Origin: a virus | Taxonomy: Duplodnaviria; Caudoviricetes | Length of the DNA stretch: 35,159 nt | Virus record (IMG/VR): IMGVR_UViG_3300033405_000050 | Location: 1 to 35,159 of that record | Direction: 5' to 3' (one strand) | Shown here: positions 7,763 to 15,926 of the stretch, piece after piece | Layout: each line of letters starts with the position of its first letter | How positions within the stretch are numbered: the first letter of the stretch is position 1 | Made by a program: the position numbers and the translations under genes | The notes under the pieces: model-generated | What the model was told of the DNA's origin: nothing | Databases searched by the model: none | The model's input: the letters and a program-made list of their open reading frames with translations, nothing else

Positions 7763-8089
7763 ATGAAGTGCTTTCTTTCCCCTGTGGCTATGGTGGTTCT
7801 TATTTTCGTGGGGGCCTTTGCCTGCTTTGGCGCGGGCTGCACCCAGCAGGAACAGAGCATTCTGACCGGGGCTACCACCCTGGCCGCCGCCGTGGCCTCT
7901 ATCCCGCTTCCTGCCGACGTAGCCAGCACTCCGACCGGGCAGGCCATTGGTTATTGGAGTTCGTATGCGGCTGGACTGCTGGCTGCAGTCAATAAGGCGT
8001 CCACTTCCAGTACTACCTCGGCCAGTACCGCTACCGTTACCTCGGCCCCGGCTTCGACCACCACCGTAAACCCTACCCCGGCGCAGTAA
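7763..8089 (+). CDS. Putative lipoprotein with Ser/Thr-rich tail (spanin candidate)
   Basis: RBS AAGGAG, hydrophobic signal ending in a lipobox-like GAGC, located in the lysis cassette. Confidence 0.6.
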   Translation: MKCFLSPVAMVVLIFVGAFACFGAGCTQQEQSILTGATTLAAAVASIPLPADVASTPTGQAIGYWSSYAAGLLAAVNKASTSSTTSASTATVTSAPASTTTVNPTPAQ

Positions 8090-8258
8090 GCCTACGCTCG
8101 GCTATTGGCAGTTTCTACGTGTACGAGAACAAAGGGTTCGGGGTTATGATCGTGAGCGTTCCGACCGAGATCAACCGCAAAGACGCCAAGTGGCGCTGCG
8201 GCCCATTCACGATTCAGGCCCCGGCCCTTTTTATGATCGTGGGAGGGATGACGTTCTG

Positions 8259-8747
8259 ATGATGGCCCTCCGCGACATCCCCCCGGGTTCGTGCATCCTG
8301 TGGTCAGGCGATTGTGTCATTTCGCGCTTGATCCGCTGGTTCTCGCACTCCAAATTCTCACACGCCAGCCTGGTTACCTCAGACCCCGACCTGGAATGCG
8401 CCATTGTCGAAGCCGAGGCCACGGGGCTGGAACTGCGCGAACTTCGTGAGCTTATGACCAATTACAAGGGGCAGGTTTGGGTATTCATACCGGATGCCCT
8501 ACGCTTCCAGGACGCCGCTGCCCTCCGCAAAATAGCCATCACCGAATGCGCCAAGCATCAGCCCTATGACTACAAAGGTCTTTTCGCCAACATCGTCCGT
8601 CATACCTCGATCCACGCGCATAAGTTTTTCTGTTCAGCCTGGGCCTGGTTTGTTTGGCTTCAACTCAAGTGGGTTACCGGCATCAAAGCCCCGCGCCCCG
8701 GGGAAATCCCGACAAGAACTCGCGGACACCTGGAGCGCATAAAGTGA
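8259..8747 (+). CDS. Permuted papain-like NlpC/P60 enzyme (YiiX/YebB-like)
   Basis: PG..IL...ISRLIRWFSHSKFSHASL (His first), IVEA, PYDY, FFCS (Cys last). RBS GGAGG precedes ATG 8259/8262. Confidence 0.8.
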   Translation: MMALRDIPPGSCILWSGDCVISRLIRWFSHSKFSHASLVTSDPDLECAIVEAEATGLELRELRELMTNYKGQVWVFIPDALRFQDAAALRKIAITECAKHQPYDYKGLFANIVRHTSIHAHKFFCSAWAWFVWLQLKWVTGIKAPRPGEIPTRTRGHLERIK

Positions 8748-9037
8748 TCGAAAGCGCGGACCTCACCATGCTGAGAGACATGATTCGTGAAACCGTAAGG
8801 GCCGAAGTTGCCCCCCTCTCAGCCGCATTAGACCAAGCCGTGCCCGCTGTTCTAAAGCGCGTGGAATGTCTTGAGATAGCCCAGAAGGAACAGGATAAAG
8901 AGATTGTGACCCTGAAAGAGAAAGAACGCTTTGCAACAGGTCGCGGCGTGGGGTCATGGAATGTGGTCGTTATGCTCGTAAGCCTGTTGGCGGCTCTCGC
9001 GAACGCGATATCCTGGCTACATGGCGGGAGCAAATAG
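8744..9037 (+). CDS. Coiled-coil protein with C-terminal TM helix (XhlA/holin-like architecture)
   Basis: GTGA overlap. KRVECLEIAQKEQDKEIVTLKE followed by VVVMLVSLLAALANAISWL. Confidence 0.65.
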   Translation: MIESADLTMLRDMIRETVRAEVAPLSAALDQAVPAVLKRVECLEIAQKEQDKEIVTLKEKERFATGRGVGSWNVVVMLVSLLAALANAISWLHGGSK

Positions 9038-9038
9038 A

Positions 9039-9434
9039 ATGCCTCATGCCCGCGTCCATTCTCTCCAGTCCGTCCAAGAGATTTGTTCATATGTTGCGGA
9101 TGGCATGAGTATCCAGAAGGCATTGGAAAAGTGCAACTGGAAAAGCCGTCGCGCCTTTTATGTTTTCATGTCCAAGACTCCCAAGGCTCAAGAAATTTTC
9201 CGCGCTGCTTGCCAGATGCGGGCTGAGGGATGGGCCGAAGAGCTGATAGACATAGCGGACTCTACCCCGGCCAAAGAGGCCAAGAAGGGTGCGCTCCAAG
9301 TTGATACCCGCAAGTGGATCATATCCAAGCACCTCCCCAAGACATATGGGGATAAGCTGGGGCTGGAGCACTCTGGGAAAGATGGCAAAGAGCTGTATCC
9401 TCCCACCATTAACGTGAACTTCGTGAAGCCATGA
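9039..9434 (+). CDS. terS: Terminase small subunit (Sf6 gp1-like)
   Basis: IC..VADG.S, AEELIDIAD, LQVDTRKWIISK..PK.YGDK. Overlaps terL. Confidence 0.9.
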   Translation: MPHARVHSLQSVQEICSYVADGMSIQKALEKCNWKSRRAFYVFMSKTPKAQEIFRAACQMRAEGWAEELIDIADSTPAKEAKKGALQVDTRKWIISKHLPKTYGDKLGLEHSGKDGKELYPPTINVNFVKP

Positions 9435-10654
9435 GCGTTGATGTAACCTTTCCCCAGAAGCTTGACTTTCTGTTCAGGCCAGCCCGCTATAAGGTTGCTT
9501 ATGGAGGCCGTGGTGGGGCCAAATCCTGGGGGTTCGCCCGCGCGCTGCTGATCCTGGCATATGGGGGGCCCCTGCGCATTCTATGCGCTCGTGAGTTGCA
9601 AAACTCTATTCAGGACAGCGTCCATAAACTCTTGTCCGAACAGATAGGCGCCCTTGGACTTGATGGATGCTTTGAGATTGAACAACAGATCATCCGGGGC
9701 AAAAATGGCTCCGAGTTCATCTTCGCCGGGGTGAAGAATAACCCGACCAAGATCAAGTCCATGGAAGGCATTGATATTTGCTGGGTTGAGGAAGCCGAGC
9801 GCGTCTCTAATGAATCGTGGCAAGTCTTAATACCCACTATTCGCAAGGAAGGATCTGAGATTTGGGTGTCATTCAACCCCAATGAAGATACTGATCCGAC
9901 CTATCAGCGTTTCGTCATCAATTCTCCAGATGGCGCGGTGGTTGTGCCGATCAGTTGGCAGGACAACCCCTGGTTCCCCGAGGTGCTTAGGCAAGAGAAG
10001 GATTATTTGGCTCGGGTGGACATGGACGCCTATCAGCATGTCTGGATGGGCGAATGCCGTAAAAACTCAATAGCCCAGATTCTCGCGGGCAAGTGCTCCA
10101 TCTCCTCATTTGAACCGGCTCATGATTGGCACGGCCCATACCAAGGCGCGGACTGGGGATTCAGCAATGACCCCACGACTTTAATCCGGTGCTGGATTCA
10201 TGAAAAAAATCTGTACATTGAGCATGAGGTTTATGGTATCGGCATTGAGATTGACCAGATTCCGGCCAAGTTCGATGTGATACCCGATGCCAGGAAGTAC
10301 GTTACTCGCGGCGACAATGCGCGGCCTGAAACTATCAGCTATTTGCGACGTAATGGATTTCCAAATTTATCGGCTGCGGAAAAGTGGAAAGGAAGCATTG
10401 AGGACGGCATTGCATTCATGCGTTCGTTTGAATCCATTGTGATTCATCCCCGCTGTATCCATACTGCCGAGGAAGCTAGGCTCTATAGCTACAAGCTGGA
10501 CAAGCTCACCGGGGACCCGCTCCCTGAGGTGGTAGACGCGCACAATCATTGTATGGATGCCGTTAGGTATGCCCTTGACCCCATGATTCGAGGCAAATTG
10601 TCTAAGCTCAGTATTTCAAGCGTAGTCCTCAATCGAGCCGCGAGGGCTATGTGA
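9431..10654 (+). CDS. terL: Terminase large subunit, PBSX family
   Basis: YGGRGGAKS, CARE, WVEEA, SFNP, GADWGF..DP, NHCMDAVRYA. Confidence 0.97.
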   Translation: MSVDVTFPQKLDFLFRPARYKVAYGGRGGAKSWGFARALLILAYGGPLRILCARELQNSIQDSVHKLLSEQIGALGLDGCFEIEQQIIRGKNGSEFIFAGVKNNPTKIKSMEGIDICWVEEAERVSNESWQVLIPTIRKEGSEIWVSFNPNEDTDPTYQRFVINSPDGAVVVPISWQDNPWFPEVLRQEKDYLARVDMDAYQHVWMGECRKNSIAQILAGKCSISSFEPAHDWHGPYQGADWGFSNDPTTLIRCWIHEKNLYIEHEVYGIGIEIDQIPAKFDVIPDARKYVTRGDNARPETISYLRRNGFPNLSAAEKWKGSIEDGIAFMRSFESIVIHPRCIHTAEEARLYSYKLDKLTGDPLPEVVDAHNHCMDAVRYALDPMIRGKLSKLSISSVVLNRAARAM

Positions 10655-12369
10655 TGGGCGTTATCAAGAATATCGCAGGATACCTCGCAGGGCTCAAGAG
10701 TGCGAAAACCAAGGCTCAAGTCCGCGCCATGGATTCCACCTCGCAGCCGTATTTCTTCCCGATCAAGCCTCCGGAGCTTTTGCCCGGTGTGGTACGTGCC
10801 GACCAAAAAGCCCCCGTGCTGGCCTTTGACGCGCCGTCCTATGGCCTGGGCAGTCAGCTTTACATGGGAGCAGGTTTCCCGGGATTCTCCTATCTTTCCC
10901 AGCTTGCAACGAGGGCTGAATATCGTGCTTTTGCCGCCGCCATCTCCACCGAATTGACCCGGGAATGGGTGGAGTTCACCAGCACTCAATCTGACGGCAT
11001 GGACTCGGGCGACAAGATTAAGGCCATAGAAGAAGAGTTCAGGCGCCTGAACGTGCGCGGGGTGATACGCGAAGCTGCCGAGCAAGACGTGTACTTTGGG
11101 CGTGGGCAAATTTTCCTTGACATTCGGGGCGCGGATCGCGCTACCCCGCTCATCCTGGACAAGAGGACGATTAAGGAAGGTAGCTTATCCGGGGTCGTTC
11201 CGGTTGAAGCCATATGGACCACGCCTGCGGCATACAATGCCCTGGACCCCGCCGCCTCTGATTTTTACAACCCTACCCGCTGGTTCATGCTGGGCCAGGA
11301 TGTTCACGCAAGCCGACTTCTGACTGTGGTGACCCGAGAGTTGCCTGACATCCTCAAGCCTGCGTTCAACTTCGCTGGTATGTCGCTTTCTCAGCTTGCG
11401 GAGCCCTACGTGGACAACTGGCTGCGCACCCGCCAGAGTGTGAGCAACCTGATTTCCAACTTCTCCACTACGGCCCTGAAAACGACCATGGTCCAGGTAC
11501 TACAAGGGGATGACGGGCAAGGGCTTTTTGATCGCGCCAATCTGTTCACCATGCTTCGGTCAAACCAGGGGCTCATGCTCTTGGACAAGGACACCGAAGA
11601 CCTTGTCCAGCTCAATGTGCCCTTAAGTGGCCTAAACGAACTGCAGGCCCAGGCGCAAGAACATCTTTGCTCGGTCAGTAGGCTCCCGGCCATCATCCTG
11701 ACTGGCATTTCCCCGTCCGGATTGAACGCCACAAGTGAGGGAGAAATCCGCATTTTCTACGACTGGATCGCGGCCCAGCAAGAAGCCTTTTGGCGCAAAC
11801 CCCTGGAAGTCATTCTCAAGGTGGTCCAGCTTTCCTTGTTCGGCGAGATTGATCCATCCATTGTCCTGAATTTTAAGCCGCTCTATCAGATGGATCCGAA
11901 CGAACAGGCGGACATCCGCGTGAAGGATAGCCAGGCTGCCACGGCCTACATCAATGCGGGCGTGATCTCCCCTGAAGAAGAGCGCGAGCGTTTAGCCAAT
12001 GACCCGGACAGCGGCTACCAGGGTCTTGATGTGGAGGACGTGCCCATTCCCCCGGAAGACCCGCAGGACGAAGAGGGGCAGCAGCCCGGGACCGACCGGG
12101 CCCAGGACGCCAACCTGATCGAGGCGGACCCGGCCGACTCCCTGCCGGAAGTCCTCCGCAAAGCCCTGGCCGCAGAAATCGACGCTGCGAACCTCTACGA
12201 GCGCATGGCAGCCCAGACCGATGACATGGAGGTCAGGCGTGTCCTGCTTTCCGTGGCGCGAGAAGAGAAGGCCCATATGGGCGAGTTCCAGGCCCTCTTG
12301 CTCAAGATCGACCCGGAACAGCTTGAGCAGATGATAGCCGGAGCGCGTGAGGTGGCGAATGGCCAGTAA
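10651..12369 (+). CDS. Portal protein (DUF1073 family) with a C-terminal encapsulin-cargo-type ferritin-like domain
   Basis: Position after terL. E(L/M)TREW, VHASRL, G.SPSGLNATSEGEIRIFYD, F.PLYQM portal motifs. Acidic linker, then AAEIDAANLY...AREEKAHMGEF. Start is 10651 or 10654. Confidence 0.93.
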   Translation: MMGVIKNIAGYLAGLKSAKTKAQVRAMDSTSQPYFFPIKPPELLPGVVRADQKAPVLAFDAPSYGLGSQLYMGAGFPGFSYLSQLATRAEYRAFAAAISTELTREWVEFTSTQSDGMDSGDKIKAIEEEFRRLNVRGVIREAAEQDVYFGRGQIFLDIRGADRATPLILDKRTIKEGSLSGVVPVEAIWTTPAAYNALDPAASDFYNPTRWFMLGQDVHASRLLTVVTRELPDILKPAFNFAGMSLSQLAEPYVDNWLRTRQSVSNLISNFSTTALKTTMVQVLQGDDGQGLFDRANLFTMLRSNQGLMLLDKDTEDLVQLNVPLSGLNELQAQAQEHLCSVSRLPAIILTGISPSGLNATSEGEIRIFYDWIAAQQEAFWRKPLEVILKVVQLSLFGEIDPSIVLNFKPLYQMDPNEQADIRVKDSQAATAYINAGVISPEEERERLANDPDSGYQGLDVEDVPIPPEDPQDEEGQQPGTDRAQDANLIEADPADSLPEVLRKALAAEIDAANLYERMAAQTDDMEVRRVLLSVAREEKAHMGEFQALLLKIDPEQLEQMIAGAREVANGQ

Positions 12370-13168
12370 GCCCACCATCGCCCGCGCGGTCCATGCCAAC
12401 CGTGGACTGGAGATGGCCTACCGCCGCGCCATAGAGGCCATGATTGCCGACATGCACAAGTCCTATCTGTACTGGATCACCGCCGAGTACCGGAAGAACC
12501 CGCCGCGTATGGCCAAGGTGGTGGAACAGGCCCAAGACGCTTGGCTCCCCAGCCTGGAGGCCATGGGGGCGCTCAAGGATCTTGGAGCCCGCTGGGCCAA
12601 CTTTTTCAAGGGATCCGCCCAGAGCGTGGGCAAGAAGTTCGCCATGCGACTGTTCGACACCTCGAACCGCGCCTTTCAATCCTCCCTCAAAGACGCTGGC
12701 TGGGCCGTTGAGTTCAAGATGACCCCGGCCATGCGCGATGCCATGCAGGCGAAGATAGAAGAGAACGTGGGGCTCATTAAGAGCATTCCGGCCAAGTACC
12801 ATGACCAGGTGCAGGGCATCGTCATGAGGAACTATGCCAAGGGCAGCGACCTACAGGCCATGCGCGAGGAGCTGAGTGCTTTGTACCCTGAGGCCAAGAA
12901 CCGCGCCACGCTGATTTCCCGGGATCAGTCCAACAAGATCAATGCCGTGGTCACTCAGGCCAGGCAGATGGAACTAGGAATTAAGGAAGGCATCTGGGTT
13001 CATTCTCATGGCGGCAAGGTGCCCAGGCCCGACCACGTGGCCGCCAATGGACGCAAGTATGATATTGCCAAAGGATGCTTGATTTCTGGGAAGTACATAC
13101 GGCCCGGGGAACTTATCGGATGCAGATGCGTCTGTAAAAGTGTCTTCCCCTTTAAGGTGGCAGTATGA
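12359..13168 (+). CDS. Head morphogenesis protein (MuF / SPP1 gp7 family)
   Basis: ENVGLIKSI, RATLISRDQ.NK, W.HS...PRP.H, PGELIGCRC. ATG 12359 after GAGGTG. Confidence 0.93.
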   Translation: MASKPTIARAVHANRGLEMAYRRAIEAMIADMHKSYLYWITAEYRKNPPRMAKVVEQAQDAWLPSLEAMGALKDLGARWANFFKGSAQSVGKKFAMRLFDTSNRAFQSSLKDAGWAVEFKMTPAMRDAMQAKIEENVGLIKSIPAKYHDQVQGIVMRNYAKGSDLQAMREELSALYPEAKNRATLISRDQSNKINAVVTQARQMELGIKEGIWVHSHGGKVPRPDHVAANGRKYDIAKGCLISGKYIRPGELIGCRCVCKSVFPFKVAV

Positions 13169-13182
13169 ACTACAAGGATATT

Positions 13183-13599
13183 TTACTGAAAGAACTTGGC
13201 TTGGTGGGTTCCCCATCCACCACAAGATGTTTGCCCGGTGTGAATGTCGAACGTGCAGTAGATGCCAGACAGGCCATCGGGATAAAGAACAAGGATATTG
13301 AACGAAGAGACTGCATCTGGCGCAAGGATGGCGGCCAACCTCTTGATGTTTTTCATAGTTTCCGGGGTGGAAAAGGCTATCCCCGGGAGATCGATACCGT
13401 TCACCCTAACCGGTTCCACGGGAACATCTATTCCATACTTCCGCATGGCCATGGCAAGCAATTTCAGTTCAGCGTCATAGGTCGCCATCATGGTATTTTC
13501 CATTCGGGCGCGCTTTTGAGCTTCCTCAATAGGATCGAGCGCAAGGGCTGGAATGGCAAATAAAATGACCAGCATACTCGCCAATAATATGCGCTTCAT
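13183..13599 (-). CDS. Secreted/periplasmic hypothetical protein (moron-like, antisense to the head operon)
   Basis: RBS AAGGAG. Sec signal MKRILLASMLVILFAIPALA with an A-L-A cleavage site. Fills the gap between muF and the protease. Confidence 0.8.
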   Translation of the reverse strand: MKRILLASMLVILFAIPALALDPIEEAQKRARMENTMMATYDAELKLLAMAMRKYGIDVPVEPVRVNGIDLPGIAFSTPETMKNIKRLAAILAPDAVSSFNILVLYPDGLSGIYCTFDIHTGQTSCGGWGTHQAKFFQ

Positions 13600-13652
13600 G
13601 ATGTCTTCTCCTTGCTCCAGGATGGCCTCAGCTTATGGCGGGAAGAGATAAC

Positions 13653-14954
13653 ATGCAAGCAAAAATTTCCTTTGCCTTCGACAAGTCGGTCCGCGCCACC
13701 GATGCGGACGGACGCTTGCATGTGGCCGTATCGCACATCAGCAAGGCCCAGGTGTCGCCCTATCTCGGTCATGAAATCCCTGGCTACGATTCCCTTGGAC
13801 TTGAGCCTGACAGGGTTTACCAGCTTTTGCGCGGTCCCGACGAGCTTGAGAAGGCCGCCCCCACGTTCGCCCGCCTGCCGATCCTGAAAGAGCATATCCC
13901 GGTTACGGTGGAAGATCCCAAGCCGGAATTGGTCATCGGGGCCATCGGATCCGATGTGAGCTTCAACACCCCCTACCTGGACGCCGATCTGGTGTTTTGG
14001 GATGCCACGGCCATAGCCGGGATTGAAACTGAGGATGTCCACGAGCTTTCCTGTGCCTATCGCTACGTGCCCGTCATGGAGCCTGGCGAGTACGAGGGCA
14101 AGCCCTATGATGGCCGGATGACCGAGATACAGGGGAATCACCTCGCGCTCGTCGAGGATGGCAGGGCAGGGCCGGACGTGGTGGTGGCCGATAGCAACCC
14201 TTTCAAAACCTTTAAGGAGATAACCATGGAAATGACCAAACTTGGGAAGGCCCTCTTCGCCGCCCTGTGCACGGCCTCGCCCAAGCTCGCGGGTGACGCT
14301 GCCCTCCCGGCGCTGGTGGGCAAAGTGGACCGCAAGAGCTTCGACGCCAAGGCGATCAAGACCGGGATCATGGCGCTTGATTCCCAGGTCGATTCTCAGC
14401 GCGTGGACAACGTGCTGGATGCTTTGCTCGGAGTCAACGACAACCCAGACCCCGTGGAGCCCGACCCCAACAAGCCGGACGCCACCGCCGATGACGAGTC
14501 CCCAGCCGACAAGATCAAGGCCCTTCTGACCGGCAAGGTGGACGATGAAACCATCAACTCGATTTGCGCCCTGATCGCTCCCCAGGCCGCAGCCGATGCC
14601 GCCGAGCCGGATGAAGACGACAAGGACAAAGGCAAGGAACCGCCCATGAAGAAGGAAGACGTAAAAGCCGCCATGGACGGCTTGCGGGCCGAAATGAAGA
14701 GTGCCCGAGAAGCCGAGCGCGACGTGCGCCCCGTGGTGGGTGATGTGATCGGCATGGATAGTGCCGAGGAAATCTACGGTTTCGCCCTGGACACCCTCAA
14801 GGTGGACCACAAGGACGTGAAGGGCATCCCGGCCTTACGGGCTCTGTTCAAGGTAGCCGCCGCAGGCAAAAGCAATTTCGTGGCCCCCCCGGCCATGGAT
14901 TCCGCCGACCTTACCAAACGCTTCCCCGGGGCTGACCGCTTCGGTCGGGCCTAA
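13653..14954 (+). CDS. Prohead protease/scaffold (DUF2213 family)
   Basis: ISKAQVSPYLG.EIP, ELSCAY, GNHLALV..GRAG, acidic helical C-terminal scaffold. Confidence 0.92.
   Translation: MQAKISFAFDKSVRATDADGRLHVAVSHISKAQVSPYLGHEIPGYDSLGLEPDRVYQLLRGPDELEKAAPTFARLPILKEHIPVTVEDPKPELVIGAIGSDVSFNTPYLDADLVFWDATAIAGIETEDVHELSCAYRYVPVMEPGEYEGKPYDGRMTEIQGNHLALVEDGRAGPDVVVADSNPFKTFKEITMEMTKLGKALFAALCTASPKLAGDAALPALVGKVDRKSFDAKAIKTGIMALDSQVDSQRVDNVLDALLGVNDNPDPVEPDPNKPDATADDESPADKIKALLTGKVDDETINSICALIAPQAAADAAEPDEDDKDKGKEPPMKKEDVKAAMDGLRAEMKSAREAERDVRPVVGDVIGMDSAEEIYGFALDTLKVDHKDVKGIPALRALFKVAAAGKSNFVAPPAMDSADLTKRFPGADRFGRA
14226..14954 (+). CDS. Probable in-frame internal scaffold protein
   Basis: Strong RBS TAAGGAG then ATAACC-ATG at 14226, immediately after the protease domain, as in Mu I/Z and lambda C/Nu3. 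Confidence 0.65.
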   Translation: MEMTKLGKALFAALCTASPKLAGDAALPALVGKVDRKSFDAKAIKTGIMALDSQVDSQRVDNVLDALLGVNDNPDPVEPDPNKPDATADDESPADKIKALLTGKVDDETINSICALIAPQAAADAAEPDEDDKDKGKEPPMKKEDVKAAMDGLRAEMKSAREAERDVRPVVGDVIGMDSAEEIYGFALDTLKVDHKDVKGIPALRALFKVAAAGKSNFVAPPAMDSADLTKRFPGADRFGRA

Positions 14955-14978
14955 ACTACGGGCAAAGGAGAATAAACC

Positions 14979-15890
14979 ATGCCTTTTCAGAGCACCGTGA
15001 ATCAGTACCCCGCGCCCGCCGTGGCCGGGGACTTCGCCTCTTCCAACCCCAGGACCAGCGTCTTGGCCGGTGAGGGCGGTCTTATTGCCGGTCCCGGCGG
15101 TGTGACCGTGGGCAATTTTGCCTGGAACAACAATGGCATCGTACAGTCCTACGGGACTGCCCCGAATGCCCCTGACGGCATCGTGCATCGCGAGATGCAG
15201 GCCTTAATCCAGACCTACCTGGCCGAGTCCGGCGCGAACATACCGGAAGGCTTCATGGTCACCCTGTTCAACGAGGGCGACTTCTGGGTCAAGAACAACT
15301 CGGCCAGTGCCACCACCATGAACGAGGCCGTATACGCCCGTTACAGCGATGGTGCTGCCGTGCCTGGATCGTCCGCCCCATCCGGGGCCAGCGTCACCGG
15401 CTCCTTGGGCTCGACCTTCACCGCACAGGTCAGCGCCAACTCCGAAACCATGGTTGTTACCAACCTGACCGGACTACTCTCCATTGGCGAGACGGTGAGC
15501 CATACCGATGTGCCCACTGGCACTACCGTTGCCGCCTTTGTGAGCGGTACGAGCGGCGGGAACGGAACCTATACCTTGAGCGCGAACGCCACGGCCAGCA
15601 ACTCCAGCACCGGGACCAGCTTCGGGAACTTGATCGATGTGACCGCCATTGGCTCCGGCTCTCTGGCCGTGGGCGATCCTATCTCGGGTGGAAGCCTGCC
15701 CTCGAATGCGGTCATTGATGCCCAGGTTTCCGGCACTTCGGGCGGCATAGGCGTCTATCAGATCAGCATACCCGGGACCGCCTATTCGGCGAGCGCTACT
15801 CTGACCGCGACTGGGGGTATCGTGACCTCTTGGAAGTGCAAGAGCATCGCGAACCCTGGCGAGTTGGTCAAAATCTCGACCTGGCTGTAG
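14979..15890 (+). CDS. Head decoration/cement protein with inserted beta-rich domains
   Basis: FQ..VN..PAPAVAGDFAS.NP, VTL...GDFWV, C-terminal GELVKIS. Lies between the protease and the major capsid gene. Confidence 0.8.
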   Translation: MPFQSTVNQYPAPAVAGDFASSNPRTSVLAGEGGLIAGPGGVTVGNFAWNNNGIVQSYGTAPNAPDGIVHREMQALIQTYLAESGANIPEGFMVTLFNEGDFWVKNNSASATTMNEAVYARYSDGAAVPGSSAPSGASVTGSLGSTFTAQVSANSETMVVTNLTGLLSIGETVSHTDVPTGTTVAAFVSGTSGGNGTYTLSANATASNSSTGTSFGNLIDVTAIGSGSLAVGDPISGGSLPSNAVIDAQVSGTSGGIGVYQISIPGTAYSASATLTATGGIVTSWKCKSIANPGELVKISTWL

Positions 15891-15926
15891 CCCTGAACCC
15901 CAACGAAGAACCGGAGAAGAAAACAT

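Noticed and set aside
10651-12369. Anti-CBASS Acb1 call for the portal
   Set aside because: DUF1073 portals are sometimes labelled this way, but no 2H-phosphoesterase HxT motif pair is seen. The extension here is ferritin-like.
13165-13563. 132-aa plus-strand ORF coupled to the muF stop
   Set aside because: The opposite-strand ORF has a strong RBS, a signal peptide and more protein-like composition. The ATGA overlap is noted but is not sufficient.
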